The notes: generated by a model from the letters alone, not told the origin. DNA of 32,000 bases from Corynebacterium amycolatum (GCF_049243625.1 NZ_CP046975.1); one strand, 5' to 3'; counted from the first letter of the stretch, positions 9,367 to 19,693 are shown. Program-made: numbers and translations.

Positions 9367-10977
9367 GTGATTACCCGACCATATATTCTCGCGATTCTTG
9401 CCCTCATCAATGTTTTGGGCGCACTGGCTGTATGGGATCTGAGCCCGTGGTGGTGGATTCTGATGGCTTTCATCCTCTTCCTGGATGTTGTGGCTATCTA
9501 TGACATGCTTCAAAAGAAGCACTCCATCTTGCGGAACTTCCCGGTCATTGGCCATCTGCGCTACATGGGCGAGACCATTCGCCCCGAGATGCAGCAGTAC
9601 TTTATCGAGCGCAACTTCGACGGCGCTCCGTTCGACCGCGATACTCGTACCGTGGTCTACGAGCGTGCGAAGGGGCTGTCCTCAAAGAAGTCCTTCGGTA
9701 CTGAACGCAAAATTAACGCCCCTGGCTACGAATACGTCCGCCACTCCATGGCACCGAGCCAGCACGTCATCGAAGATCCCCGCGTAGATATTGGCGGTCC
9801 GGACTGCACCCAGCCGTACTCCGCGTCGATCTTCAATATTTCAGCCATGAGTTTTGGCTCCCTGTCCCCGAACGCTGTCATGGCAATGAATAAGGGCGCG
9901 AAACTGGGCAATTTCGTGCAGGACACTGGCGAGGGCGCTATCAGCCCTTACCACTTGAAGTACGGTGCGGACATCTACTGGCAGCTGGGTTCCGGCTACT
10001 TCGGGGCGCGTACGGAGGATGGCGACTTCGATCCGGAGCTGTTCCGCGAAAAGGCTAAGATTTCGCAGGTCAAGGCTACCTATCTGAAAGTTAGCCAGGG
10101 GGCAAAGCCGGGACTCGGTGGCATGCTGCCAGGCCACAAGGTCAATGAGGAGATCGCCGCTACTCGCCACGTGCCAGTTGGCAAGGGCGTAATGAGTCCG
10201 CCGTACCACCGTGTCTACTCCACCCCGCGTGAACTTGTTCGTTTTATGGGCACAATGCGCGAGCTCAACGGTGGCAAGCCGGTCGGTTTCAAGCTATGCG
10301 TCGGCTCGCAGCTCGAGTTCCTCGCCGTGTGCAAGGCCATGCTGGAAGAGAACATCACGCCAGACTTCATCATCGTCGACGGCGCTGAAGGCGGCACCGG
10401 CGCTGCGCCGCTGGAATACTCCGACCGCGTTGGCCTGCCGCTTACCGACGGTCTGATTCTCGTCCATAACGCGCTCGTAGGTGCCGGTCTGCGAGATCGC
10501 ATCAAGCTCGGTGCATCCGGCAAGGTCATTACTGGCTTCGACATTGTTAAGCGCATGTGTATTGGCGCTGACTTTGTGAACTCAGCTCGTGGCATGATGA
10601 TGGCCACCGGCTGTATTCAATCTCAGCTATGTCACACCAACACCTGCCCGGTGGGTGTGGCTACCCAGGATCCGAGTCTGTGGAAGGCTTTGGATGTCGA
10701 CGACAAGGGTCAGCGTGTGGCCAACTATCACAATGCCACGGTCGCAGAAGCGGCTAGCCTGTTGGCATCGATGGGTCTCAATAGCTTCTCTGAGCTAGGG
10801 CCATCCCACCTGCTGCGGCGCACAAATGAGCAGGTTGGTGAGACCTACGCGGAGCTCTACAACTGGCTGCAGCCGGGCGAGTTGCTCAGCGGCACCCGTT
10901 TTCACAACTGGGCCGAGGCCTGGGAGACCGCCGACCCGGACACGTTCCACTACCCTGCAGTTCATATGCGCGGGTAG
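9367..10977 (+). CDS. FMN-binding glutamate synthase (GltB domain 2)-family protein with N-terminal membrane anchor
   Basis: The conserved FMN-domain motif DGAEGGTGAAPLE and CHTNTCPVGVATQD match the GltS FMN domain family. Two hydrophobic helices lie at the N-terminus. Proposed start is the GTG at 9367; the track start 9220 overlaps the upstream gene and encodes Arg/Cys-rich junk. Confidence 0.8.
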   Translation: MITRPYILAILALINVLGALAVWDLSPWWWILMAFILFLDVVAIYDMLQKKHSILRNFPVIGHLRYMGETIRPEMQQYFIERNFDGAPFDRDTRTVVYERAKGLSSKKSFGTERKINAPGYEYVRHSMAPSQHVIEDPRVDIGGPDCTQPYSASIFNISAMSFGSLSPNAVMAMNKGAKLGNFVQDTGEGAISPYHLKYGADIYWQLGSGYFGARTEDGDFDPELFREKAKISQVKATYLKVSQGAKPGLGGMLPGHKVNEEIAATRHVPVGKGVMSPPYHRVYSTPRELVRFMGTMRELNGGKPVGFKLCVGSQLEFLAVCKAMLEENITPDFIIVDGAEGGTGAAPLEYSDRVGLPLTDGLILVHNALVGAGLRDRIKLGASGKVITGFDIVKRMCIGADFVNSARGMMMATGCIQSQLCHTNTCPVGVATQDPSLWKALDVDDKGQRVANYHNATVAEAASLLASMGLNSFSELGPSHLLRRTNEQVGETYAELYNWLQPGELLSGTRFHNWAEAWETADPDTFHYPAVHMRG

Positions 10978-10980
10978 TTC

Positions 10981-10991
10981 GGGGGGGGGGG
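10981..10991. repeat. G11 homopolymer tract in the 27-bp spacer between convergent stop codons
   Basis: Read directly: ...TAGTTC GGGGGGGGGGG CTGGCTGG... Confidence 0.95.
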
Positions 10992-11004
10992 CTGGCTGGA
11001 CGCC

Positions 11005-11550
11005 CTACTCACCCATCAGCTTCTTGCGCAGGCGCTCGTCCTTTTCCAGGACTTCATCGCGCATATTGGCCTGGTAGTTCTCCATCGCCACAATGAGCTC
11101 CGGGTAACCAGCCGAGAGGATACGCACAGCCAGCAGGCCAGCATTCTTAGCGCCGCCCACGCCGACGGTTGCCACCGGAACGCCGCCCGGCATCTGAACA
11201 ATCGACAGCAGCGAGTCGACGCCCTCCAGGTTCTCGAGTGCACGGGGCACGCCGATAACCGGCAGCGGAGTGGCAGACGCCACCATGCCCGGTAGGTGCG
11301 CAGCACCACCGGCACCTGCGATAATGCAGCGCAAGCCCTTGTCAGCGGCTGACTTTGCGTAATCAATCATGCGTTCCGGAGTACGGTGCGCAGAGACCAC
11401 GCCTACCTCAAACGGAATTCCGAACTCAGCCAGTACCTCAGCTGCCGGCTCCATGGTCGGCCAATCTGAGTCCGACCCCATAATCAGACCAACCAACGGA
11501 CCGGTTGCGTTGGTCAGCTTCGGGCTTGCCACCTGGTTTGCTTCAGCCAA
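11005..11550 (-). CDS. purE: N5-carboxyaminoimidazole ribonucleotide mutase PurE
   Basis: [13 protein letters not shown]...[11 protein letters not shown]...[12 protein letters not shown]...PVIGVP are class I PurE motifs. Confidence 0.93.
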   Translation of the reverse strand: MAEANQVASPKLTNATGPLVGLIMGSDSDWPTMEPAAEVLAEFGIPFEVGVVSAHRTPERMIDYAKSAADKGLRCIIAGAGGAAHLPGMVASATPLPVIGVPRALENLEGVDSLLSIVQMPGGVPVATVGVGGAKNAGLLAVRILSAGYPELIVAMENYQANMRDEVLEKDERLRKKLMGE

Positions 11551-11611
11551 TGTTGTCTCCTTGGGATAGCAATCTAATTTTTAAAGGCGCTAGCTTTAAT
11601 CGGCGCTAGCT

Positions 11612-12901
11612 TCATGCCGTGTAGCCGTCTGCCCATACTCCATCGACTACGTAACCAGCAGCTAGGTTGGCAATTCGACGGGTCTCGGCAATGCCCTCCG
11701 CGCTTGCGTCATAACCACACAGATTGACGTGACCCAGCTTACGTCCTGGGCGCCAATCCTTGCCGTACCAGTGAATCTTCACCGATGGGAAGCGGCGCCA
11801 TACCTTAGCAAAGCGCTGCGCAATCGGCACGTCCGAGGCCTCTTCGCCACCCAGCGTATTGACCATCACCGTCACCGGTGCAGTCGGGCGAGTGGAACCC
11901 AGTGGCATGTCAGCAACTGCACGCAGGTGCTGCTCAAACTGGCTGGTCTCACAGCCGTCCTGCGACCAGTGGCCAGTGTTGTGCGGGCGCATCGCCAACT
12001 CGTTGACGTAGATCTCCGGATTGCCATCTGCATCGACGGTCTCGAACAGCTCAACTGCCAGCGCACCGGTTACTCCCAACTCGGAAGCGATGGTCACACT
12101 GAGTTTTTCGGCCGCGCTCGCAAGCTCGTCGGAAAGCCCCGGCGCCGGGCAGATTGCCTCAACACAGATGCCGTCACGCTGCATAGACTCGAGGACTGGC
12201 CAGGCCTTGACCTCACCCGACGGTGTGCGGGCACACATGGCCGACAGCTCGCGAACCAGCGCGACTTTCCGTTCGGCCATCAGCGGCACGTCCTTGCCCA
12301 ACAGTTCGTCGACAAGCGTGCGCAGGTCCTCGCGATCCTTCGGGAACCACACGCCGTGACCGTCGTAACCGCCACGGCGGGCCTTCAGGCAGACGGCACC
12401 GTCAACGCGGTCGAAGAAGGCCTCGGCATCCTGGACGGACTCAATAGCAGCGTAGGCAGGTACCGGAGCGCCCAGTTCCTCCAAGCGCTGGCGCATCAGC
12501 AGCTTATCCTGCGCGTACAGCAACGCCGACGGCTGAGGCTGAACCGAGTAGCCCATCTCGGTCAGCTTGTTGAGAAATTCGGTGGGAACGTGCTCATGGT
12601 CGAAAGTCACGGCCTGCGCACCAGCGACAGTGCGTTCAACGTCCTTCCAGACGTGGTAGTCGCCGATGATAACGTCCGCACACACCTGCGCTGCGGAAGA
12701 ATCCGGCGAACCGGCGAGCAAACGGATGGACTGTCCCAGTTCAATGGCCTCAGTCTGCATCATGCGAGCCAGCTGACCGTCACCAATCACCGCCACAACC
12801 GGCACGCCATCAGCATGCGCGGGGTGCTGCGCAGCAGTTAGCGCTGCAGCGGAATCAGAAGTGGAATTAGTGGAGTTTTCAGGGGTATCCGAAGCAATCA
12901 C
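11612..12901 (-). CDS. purK: N5-carboxyaminoimidazole ribonucleotide synthase PurK (ATP-grasp)
   Basis: VAVIGDGQLARMM..., an ATP-grasp core, ...ELAMRPHNTGHW... and RKLGHVN are typical PurK. It sits upstream of purE. GTG start with a roughly 30-aa N-terminal extension of uncertain reality. Confidence 0.9.
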   Translation of the reverse strand: MIASDTPENSTNSTSDSAAALTAAQHPAHADGVPVVAVIGDGQLARMMQTEAIELGQSIRLLAGSPDSSAAQVCADVIIGDYHVWKDVERTVAGAQAVTFDHEHVPTEFLNKLTEMGYSVQPQPSALLYAQDKLLMRQRLEELGAPVPAYAAIESVQDAEAFFDRVDGAVCLKARRGGYDGHGVWFPKDREDLRTLVDELLGKDVPLMAERKVALVRELSAMCARTPSGEVKAWPVLESMQRDGICVEAICPAPGLSDELASAAEKLSVTIASELGVTGALAVELFETVDADGNPEIYVNELAMRPHNTGHWSQDGCETSQFEQHLRAVADMPLGSTRPTAPVTVMVNTLGGEEASDVPIAQRFAKVWRRFPSVKIHWYGKDWRPGRKLGHVNLCGYDASAEGIAETRRIANLAAGYVVDGVWADGYTA

Positions 12902-12931
12902 ACCCCTGATTGTAGGTTATGACCCGAAATT

Positions 12932-13393
12932 CTAAGTCAACCGGGAGACCAACTTAGCCACCTTGCGGGAGCTGGGAATATCTTCCACAGCCAGCGGCGG
13001 GCCGAAACTGCGGGTCTGCAGATACAGCACGCCGCCCTTGCGATTGACCGCACGCACCGAACGTAGATCAATCGAGACCACCTGCGGGCGCAGAATTCCA
13101 CGTCGCAGAACAATTCGCCTATCAGTCAGTACAAACCGCTCCCCCAGCCAACTTAGTACCGGACGAACAACACGCCAGAGAATAAGCCCCAGCCACGCAA
13201 ACAGCAGCAGCTGACGCACACCCTGTAAGTCTCCCGGAGCAATCGCAGGGCCGTCGATAAAGCCAATCAGCAACCAGCAGACGCCGGTGATAACCATGAG
13301 CTCCAAGAGCGGCCACACCAGCCGACCAAAAGTTGGATTGGTGTCCAGCAGAATTGCCTCGCGCGTGTCCAACTCATCATCGGGAAAGGCCAT
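12932..13393 (-). CDS. Membrane protein with two N-terminal TM helices and a bacterial PH-like (YdbS/DUF304-type) C-terminal domain
   Basis: Two hydrophobic helices are followed by ...RFVLTDRRIVLRRGILRPQVVSIDLRSV..., typical of bPH_2 proteins. The position between birA and purK is as I recall for corynebacteria. Confidence 0.6.
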   Translation of the reverse strand: MAFPDDELDTREAILLDTNPTFGRLVWPLLELMVITGVCWLLIGFIDGPAIAPGDLQGVRQLLLFAWLGLILWRVVRPVLSWLGERFVLTDRRIVLRRGILRPQVVSIDLRSVRAVNRKGGVLYLQTRSFGPPLAVEDIPSSRKVAKLVSRLT

Positions 13394-13399
13394 ACAGCA

Positions 13400-14257
13400 C
13401 TACCTCCGGTCCGAGTCAGTCTGCGGGGATGCATAGCCGCCGTCAGTGGCACGAACATGGAACACGTCACCGGCCGCAACAAAGTGGCTTGTGCCAGCTT
13501 CGTCGGTGACAATCAATTCGCCGTCGGCACGCACACCAACCGCCTTGCCGACCAGCACGCGATCCCCCGGCAACTCCACGCGCACGTTCGAGCCGATGGT
13601 CGCGCACACCGCCTCGTAGTCCCGCAGCAACTCAGCATCGCCCTTTCGCCACTGTGCTTGACGACGTCCCAGCGCACGCAGCACACCAGCGGAGATGTCG
13701 TCGCGGTCGAGATTGTCTGCGCCCGCCAGGTATAGCGAAGTGGCGTGTGGCACAGGCAACTCGTCTTCCTGCAGAGAAACATTGATGCCGATTCCTGGAA
13801 TGAGAGCTGGTGGTGTCAGCGAAGCAGCCTCTACCAGAATTCCGCAGAGCTTACGACCGTCAACGAGGACATCGTTCGGCCACTTCAGGGATACGCGCTC
13901 AGGCACCAGACCCACGACCTCTACAACAGCATCGACGACTGCGAGACCTGCGACTAAGGGCAAGAGCCCCAGCTGCTCCGGTGCGAGCCCTTGCGGGCGC
14001 AGCAGTGTGCTGAGCGCAATGGATGCACCTTCCGGAGCTGTCCAACTACGGCTCAGCCGACCGCGACCTGCGGTCTGCTCCGAGGCGATGAGCGCACTGA
14101 GATCTGCCACCTGCCCCAGTGCCGCCTGTTTCCGAAGATCGGCATTGGTCGAACCAGTGGTTTCGACAACCTCAATGGAACTCCAGCCCGGCGCGGCTGC
14201 GCGCACACGCGCGGCATCAAGAGGCTTGCGGGAAGCAACAATTCGGGGGTCGGTCAT
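13400..14257 (-). CDS. birA: Biotin--[acetyl-CoA-carboxylase] ligase BirA (no N-terminal HTH, class I)
   Basis: [10 protein letters not shown] and [17 protein letters not shown] (the GRGRxGRxW biotin/ATP loop). There is no DNA-binding domain before them. Confidence 0.9.
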   Translation of the reverse strand: MTDPRIVASRKPLDAARVRAAAPGWSSIEVVETTGSTNADLRKQAALGQVADLSALIASEQTAGRGRLSRSWTAPEGASIALSTLLRPQGLAPEQLGLLPLVAGLAVVDAVVEVVGLVPERVSLKWPNDVLVDGRKLCGILVEAASLTPPALIPGIGINVSLQEDELPVPHATSLYLAGADNLDRDDISAGVLRALGRRQAQWRKGDAELLRDYEAVCATIGSNVRVELPGDRVLVGKAVGVRADGELIVTDEAGTSHFVAAGDVFHVRATDGGYASPQTDSDRR

Positions 14258-14383
14258 GCACAGCAGTCTAGCGCTATGGCCGGATTCAGCGCGTCGAGGC
14301 CTTTCTCAAGGGGACGACAGCGTGAGAATCATCACAGCTCACCCGCTTTACTATTTTCCTTCTCAAACACTACATTCCATAAC

Positions 14384-16024
14384 ATGACTATTTCCTCACG
14401 TTTGACGGCGGAGCAACACACCACCGCTTTTCTCAATGAAGACCTTCTACGCCGACGCACTGCTGCACTGACTCCGATGGGGTCGCGAGGCTACGACAAG
14501 CTCAAACTGACTGAGCGTATGAATGCCCGCGAGCGCATTGACTACCTGCTGGACGAAGGGTCTTTTGTCGAATTCGATGCGCTAGCCCGCCACCGCACTA
14601 CCGCATTTGGAATGGAAGCCAAACGCCCCGTGACTGACGGAATTATCACCGGCTGGGGAACCATAGACGGCCGTGAGGTCTGCATCTTCTCTCAGGACGG
14701 CACAATCTTCGGTGGTGCACTCGGAGAGGTCTACGGCGAAAAGATGGTCAAGATTCAGGACCTTGCCATCACTACCGGCCGTCCCGTTATTGGCATGTAC
14801 GAAGGTGCCGGCGCCCGCATCCAAGATGGCGCAGTCTCACTGGACTTTATTGCCCAGACGTTCCACCACAACGTTCGTGCCAGCGGCGTCATTCCGCAGA
14901 TTTCAGTCATTTTTGGTGCCTGCGCAGGTGGAAATGCCTACTCCCCAGCGCTGACGGACTTCGTTGTCATGGTGGAGGAAAACTCCCGCATGTTTGTCAC
15001 CGGCCCTGACGTAATTGAAACGGTCACTGGCGAAAAGATCGGCCAGCACGAGCTTGGCGGCGCCGACACCCATATGGAGCTCGCCGGAAACTCCCATTAC
15101 ACCGCCACTAGCGAGCAGGATGGACTCGACTGGGTCTGCGATTTGCTCGACTACCTCCCCAACAACACAACCTCCCCCGCGCCCAGTTGGGATTCCAATG
15201 CCAGTGACGAGATCACCGACACCGATCGCACCCTCGACAGTCTCATTCCCGACAGCCCTTCCACGCCGTACGACGTGCATGAAGTCATCTACGCGCTTTG
15301 CGACGATGCGGAGTTCCTGGAAATCCAGGAAAACCGGGCAGCCAATGTCGTAATTGGCCTTGGCCGTCTCAACGGTCAATCTGTTGGGTTTGTCGCTAAT
15401 CAGCCCATGGAATTTGCGGGCTGCCTAGATATCGATGCAGCGGAGAAAGCCGCGCGATTCGTTCGAACCTGCGATTGTTTCAACATTCCACTCGTCTTTC
15501 TCGTGGATGTACCAGGCTTTCTCCCCGGCTCGAATCAAGAACACCAGGGAATTCTGCGCCGTGGCGCTAAATTGCTCTATGCGTATGCAGAAGCAACCGT
15601 TCCTAAAATCACCGTCACCATGCGCAAAGCCTACGGCGGCGCGTATTGCGTGATGGGATCAAAGGGGCTCGGCGCGGATGTAAATCTGGCTTGGCCGACG
15701 GCACAGATCGCCGTGATGGGCGCCTCTGGCGCAGTACGCTTCCTCCATCGTGCCGAGATTCGAACCGCCACCGAAGCAGCTCTCGCAAAAGACCCAGCGG
15801 CCGATAGATTTGGCACTCCCGAGAGTGTGAAAGAACTCATTGCTGAACTGGAAATGGGATACGAGCAACACATGCTCACGCCTTATCGCGCCGCCGAACG
15901 GGGGTTAATTGATGAAGTCATCCTCCCCTCCGAGACACGAACTCGGGTGATAAAAAATCTGCGCCTTCTAACTTCAAAGAAAGTACCGTGGCCTGCGCGC
16001 AAGCACGGCAATATTCCACTGTAA
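14384..16024 (+). CDS. accD1: Acyl-CoA carboxylase carboxyltransferase beta subunit, DtsR1/AccD1-like
   Basis: It starts MTISS... as I recall for C. glutamicum DtsR1. [47 protein letters not shown] and RKHGNIPL support the call. It is adjacent to and divergent from birA. The track ORF start 13991 is an antisense-of-birA artefact. Confidence 0.9.
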   Translation: MTISSRLTAEQHTTAFLNEDLLRRRTAALTPMGSRGYDKLKLTERMNARERIDYLLDEGSFVEFDALARHRTTAFGMEAKRPVTDGIITGWGTIDGREVCIFSQDGTIFGGALGEVYGEKMVKIQDLAITTGRPVIGMYEGAGARIQDGAVSLDFIAQTFHHNVRASGVIPQISVIFGACAGGNAYSPALTDFVVMVEENSRMFVTGPDVIETVTGEKIGQHELGGADTHMELAGNSHYTATSEQDGLDWVCDLLDYLPNNTTSPAPSWDSNASDEITDTDRTLDSLIPDSPSTPYDVHEVIYALCDDAEFLEIQENRAANVVIGLGRLNGQSVGFVANQPMEFAGCLDIDAAEKAARFVRTCDCFNIPLVFLVDVPGFLPGSNQEHQGILRRGAKLLYAYAEATVPKITVTMRKAYGGAYCVMGSKGLGADVNLAWPTAQIAVMGASGAVRFLHRAEIRTATEAALAKDPAADRFGTPESVKELIAELEMGYEQHMLTPYRAAERGLIDEVILPSETRTRVIKNLRLLTSKKVPWPARKHGNIPL

Positions 16025-16129
16025 GAGCAGGCTTTTTGCTGAACAACGAGCTAGTCATTACCCCTACTTTTGTTAACAGCGATTGCCCCCAACTACCTCC
16101 CCCCGTTTTCGAAACGTAAACTAGTTGGC

Positions 16130-17758
16130 ATGACGACTGCCGCAAATACATCAACCGGTGAAACCCCGGATTTGACCACTACTGCTGGAAAACTGGCCGA
16201 TCTGCGAGCCCGTCTCGCAGAGACCCAGGCCCCAATGGGCCAGGCCGGTATTGACCGCGTCCACGACAAGGGCAAGATGACCGCTCGTGAGCGCATCGAG
16301 TTTCTCTTGGACGAGGGCTCATTCGTGGAGGTGGACGCACTCGCGCGTCACCGCTCCAAGAACTTCGGCCTCGACGCCAAGCGCCCTGTCACCGACGGTG
16401 TTGTAACTGGTTACGGCACCATCGATGGCCGCCAGGTCTGTGTCTTCTCGCAGGACGGCGCCATCTTCGGTGGCGCACTCGGTGAGGTCTACGGTGAAAA
16501 GATTGTCAAAATCATGGATCTGGCCATCAAGACCGGTGTCCCAATTATCGGCATCAACGAAGGCGCTGGCGCCCGCATCCAGGAGGGCGTTGTTTCCCTC
16601 GGCCTCTACTCCCAGATCTTCTTCCGGAACACCCAGGCTTCTGGCGTTATCCCACAGATTTCCCTGATCATGGGTGCCTGCGCTGGTGGCCACGTCTACT
16701 CCCCGGCTCTGACCGACTTCATTGTCATGGTCGATGGCACTTCCAAGATGTTCATCACCGGCCCGGACGTTATTAAGACCGTCACTGGCGAAGAGGTCAC
16801 ACAGGACGAGCTGGGTGGCGCTGGCACTCACATGAGCACCTCCGGTACTTCGCACTACACCGCTGCTGATGACGAAGACGCTCTGACATTCGTTCAGGAA
16901 TTGGTCAGCTACCTGCCGTCCAACAACCGCGCTGAGGCTCCTCGCATGGAGGCTGAGCCATTCGAGGGCTCCATCGCTGACAACATCACTGAGACTGACC
17001 TCGAGCTCGACACGCTGATTCCGGACTCCCCGAACCAGCCGTACGACATCAAGGACGTCATCACCCGCCTGGTCGACGACGAGGACTTCCTGGAGATTCA
17101 GGAGGACTACGCACAGAACGTGGTCATCGGCTTCGGTCGCGTGGAGGGCCGCTCGGTAGGTTTCGTTGCCAACCAGCCGATTCAGTTCGCTGGCTGCCTC
17201 GACATCAAGGCATCCGAGAAGGCGGCTCGCTTCGTCCGCACCTGTGATGCCTTCAACATTCCGATCATCATGCTGGTTGACGTTCCAGGCTTCCTGCCGG
17301 GCACCAACCAAGAGTTCGACGGCATCATCCGCCGTGGCGCCAAGCTACTGTACGCGTACGCTGAGGCCACCGTTCCGAAGATTACCGTCATCACCCGTAA
17401 GGCTTACGGCGGAGCTTACTGTGTGATGGGCTCCAAGGACATGGGCGCTGACATCAACCTGGCATGGCCGACCGCTCAGATTGCGGTCATGGGTGCTTCC
17501 GGCGCTGTCGGCTTCATCTACCGCAAGGAGCTCAAGGCTGCTGCGGCCGAAGGCAAGGACGTCGTCGCACTGCAGAAGGAGTACGAGGCAGAGTACGAGG
17601 CCACCCTGGTCAACCCGTACATGGCTGCTGAGCGTGGCTTCATCGACGCCGTTATCCCGCCGAGCGAGACCCGCGGCCAGATCATTGAGGGTCTGCGTCT
17701 GTTGAATCGCAAGGTTGTTAACGTACCCGCCAAGAAGCATGGGAACATTCCGCTGTGA
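16130..17758 (+). CDS. accD2: Acyl-CoA carboxylase carboxyltransferase beta subunit, DtsR2/AccD2 (AccD5)-like
   Basis: Paralog of the preceding gene ([32 protein letters not shown]...[15 protein letters not shown]...KKHGNIPL), followed directly by accE. ATG at 16130. Confidence 0.9.
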   Translation: MTTAANTSTGETPDLTTTAGKLADLRARLAETQAPMGQAGIDRVHDKGKMTARERIEFLLDEGSFVEVDALARHRSKNFGLDAKRPVTDGVVTGYGTIDGRQVCVFSQDGAIFGGALGEVYGEKIVKIMDLAIKTGVPIIGINEGAGARIQEGVVSLGLYSQIFFRNTQASGVIPQISLIMGACAGGHVYSPALTDFIVMVDGTSKMFITGPDVIKTVTGEEVTQDELGGAGTHMSTSGTSHYTAADDEDALTFVQELVSYLPSNNRAEAPRMEAEPFEGSIADNITETDLELDTLIPDSPNQPYDIKDVITRLVDDEDFLEIQEDYAQNVVIGFGRVEGRSVGFVANQPIQFAGCLDIKASEKAARFVRTCDAFNIPIIMLVDVPGFLPGTNQEFDGIIRRGAKLLYAYAEATVPKITVITRKAYGGAYCVMGSKDMGADINLAWPTAQIAVMGASGAVGFIYRKELKAAAAEGKDVVALQKEYEAEYEATLVNPYMAAERGFIDAVIPPSETRGQIIEGLRLLNRKVVNVPAKKHGNIPL

Positions 17759-18015
17759 CCGATTCCAAAAACACCCCAGCAACCGAAGACAAGGACACCG
17801 CTGCGGTCCCGGCTGCACCGTTCATGTCCGTCCTCAAGGGCAACCCGTCTGACGCTGAAACTGCCACGCTCGCGCTTTTGTTCGCGGGTATGGCAGCAGC
17901 TGGCGGTGCCCCAGAGGACCGCGGCCCGCGTAACGACTGGGGCCGGCTGGAAGAGGGGTTCCACCAGCCGCACCAGCACGTACCGGGTACGTTCCGCAAC
18001 GTCCATTTCTACTAG
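17755..18015 (+). CDS. accE: Acyl-CoA carboxylase epsilon subunit AccE
   Basis: The GTG start overlaps the accD2 TGA (GTGA). It is a small protein with ...[25 protein letters not shown]...GPRNDWGR..., as in actinobacterial epsilon subunits. Confidence 0.7.
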   Translation: MTDSKNTPATEDKDTAAVPAAPFMSVLKGNPSDAETATLALLFAGMAAAGGAPEDRGPRNDWGRLEEGFHQPHQHVPGTFRNVHFY

Positions 18016-18077
18016 TACAGCTACCGTTTACCGCGTAGTCGTTACCGCACGCTAACTGCGTCGATTCGCTAGCACGA

Positions 18078-18119
18078 AGCGCCATCATCGGGTTTTCCGA
18101 CGGTGGCGCTTTGGTTTTT
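18078..18119 (+). terminator. Terminator of the accD-accE unit
   Basis: AGCGCCATCATCGG / CCGACGGTGGCGCT stem (one wobble, one mismatch) followed by TTTGGTTTTT. Confidence 0.55.
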
Positions 18120-18157
18120 GTTACTGCCTTGGTCTTGGCTACTGCCTGTTACTGGCG

Positions 18158-18703
18158 CTACTCACCCAGCGACTCGCCATCAAACTCATCATCGAGCTCC
18201 CGGTCCAGACGACGCTGATCGCGGTTACGAGCTGCTGGCCACACCACCTTGAACAGGAAATACACAAACGCCAGACCGATGGCAGCCCCCACCACAGCTC
18301 CAGCAATGGATCCCCACGATTCTGATAGCGCCCCACCAGCGCTTGCCTCAGAGAGCATTTGCACTCTGATAAAACCAATCAGCCACAGCCCAATGACGAC
18401 CACGACTGCTGCAATCTCCCCTTTTGTAAGACCATTAATCTTCGGCATTGGCACCTGACGTCGCAACCACCGCTGCGAGAACAGGAGTCCAACCAGTGGC
18501 ATCAAGATGATTGCCACTGTCACGCCCACCATCTTCGGCTCTGGAATAAGCCAAATCAGTACCGTTGCAAGCACGTAGTTAGCCCACATCATCATTGTGA
18601 ACCCGTACGTGTAGGACTTATGCAGCAACATCTGCTGATATTCATCGTCCACCGTGGCACTGTTGCGTTCAATCACGACATCCGCATAGGACATTGTCAG
18701 CAT
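18158..18703 (-). CDS. Four-TM membrane protein of unknown function, partner of the upstream XRE regulator
   Basis: There are four clear hydrophobic helices and an acidic C-terminal tail (DRELDDEFDGESLGE). The start overlaps the regulator stop (ATGCTGA); an alternative ATG is at 18694. Confidence 0.6.
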   Translation of the reverse strand: MLTMSYADVVIERNSATVDDEYQQMLLHKSYTYGFTMMMWANYVLATVLIWLIPEPKMVGVTVAIILMPLVGLLFSQRWLRRQVPMPKINGLTKGEIAAVVVVIGLWLIGFIRVQMLSEASAGGALSESWGSIAGAVVGAAIGLAFVYFLFKVVWPAARNRDQRRLDRELDDEFDGESLGE

Positions 18704-18909
18704 CCTTCCTCACCAAAAATTTCTTCGACTGTTTTTCCCAGGACCTTGCAGATACGCAACGCCAAATACACCGAAGGCGAGTAATTTCCCCGCTCGATAT
18801 TTGCAATGGTTTGCCGCGAGACTTCCACCTGCGCAGCTAAATCCGCTTGGCTTAGCTCCAACCAGCGTCGGTATCTCCTGACCTGGTTCGAACGTTCTTC
18901 CCCACTCAT
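18697..18909 (-). CDS. Small XRE/Cro-type helix-turn-helix transcriptional regulator (70 aa)
   Basis: LSQADLAAQVEVSRQTIANIERGNYSPSVYLALRICKVLGKTVEEIF is a textbook HTH_3 (XRE) domain. Confidence 0.8.
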   Translation of the reverse strand: MSGEERSNQVRRYRRWLELSQADLAAQVEVSRQTIANIERGNYSPSVYLALRICKVLGKTVEEIFGEEGC

Positions 18910-19066
18910 TTGCGTACTTTCTTTACCTTAATGTCAACTTTACTTTACACCATCAGAGGAGAGCTGCCATTTAAGAATCTGCGCATTTTTACAATCGGGC
19001 CGACCCCACGCATGTTTGCCACAAAAATTAGGCTTTACGATTCCACCCTCACTAAAATCACTAATT

Positions 19067-19669
19067 ATGAGCAGCCCCCGAATCGTCTTGGCCTCCACTT
19101 CCCCTTCGCGACTGCACATTCTGCGCTCTGCAGGCATCGAGCCCATCACAGTAGCGCCCAACGTCGACGAGGATGCCGTGGTCGCTGCCCTTCCGGACGC
19201 ATCGCCGGTACGCATCGTCGAGGAACTCGCACAGGCCAAGGCACACGCTGCCTCTCCGGCCTATCCCAATGACATTGTCATTGGCGGGGATTCAATGCTG
19301 CTTCTCGACGGCAAGTTGCAGGGCAAGCCTCACACGGAAGAAAAGACCATTGAGCGCTGGCACCAACAGAGCGGCCGGACGGCTGAGCTGATTACCGGTC
19401 ACTGTATCGTGACACCAAAGGGCGAGCACCTTGAGGTGGCCATTACTTCCCTCGATTTCGCTGAAGTCCCAGAAGAGGACATCCGCGCCTATGCTGCGAC
19501 GGGCGAGCCACTGAAGTGCGCTGGCGCGTTTACCTTGGAGGCTCTAGGCGGCTGGTTTGTCGATGGCATCAATGGCGACTCATCCAGTGTGATCGGACTG
19601 TCGCTACCTGTCGTGCGCCGAGCTCTGTATCGCTACGGCTATTCGGTCTCCCAGTTCTGGAATAGGTAG
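19067..19669 (+). CDS. maf: Maf-family nucleoside triphosphate pyrophosphatase
   Basis: MSSPRIVLASTSPSRLHILRSAGIEP... is the Maf N-terminal signature, with ...GDSSSVIGLSLPV... near the C-terminus. ATG at 19067. Confidence 0.85.
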   Translation: MSSPRIVLASTSPSRLHILRSAGIEPITVAPNVDEDAVVAALPDASPVRIVEELAQAKAHAASPAYPNDIVIGGDSMLLLDGKLQGKPHTEEKTIERWHQQSGRTAELITGHCIVTPKGEHLEVAITSLDFAEVPEEDIRAYAATGEPLKCAGAFTLEALGGWFVDGINGDSSSVIGLSLPVVRRALYRYGYSVSQFWNR

Positions 19670-19693
19670 GCATCGCAACGACCGTCGGAAAGC

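Noticed and set aside
11586-11612. 11-bp direct repeat GGCGCTAGCTT x2, 16 bp apart, in the purK-purE junction
   Set aside because: It is short, abuts the purK stop codon and suggests no associated structure or function. It is probably a local duplication.
11729-12841. 370-aa plus-strand ORF
   Set aside because: It lies entirely antisense to purK, which has clear family motifs. The product is Arg/Leu/His-rich and low in complexity, as is typical of shadow ORFs in GC-rich DNA.
13991-14383. N-terminal 131-codon extension of accD1 in the ORF track
   Set aside because: It runs antisense through birA and across the divergent promoter. The conserved protein begins MTISS at 14384.
16319-17311. 330-aa minus-strand ORF
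   Set aside because: It is antisense to accD2 and the composition is typical of a mirror-frame artefact. No start or RBS context was examined that would rescue it.
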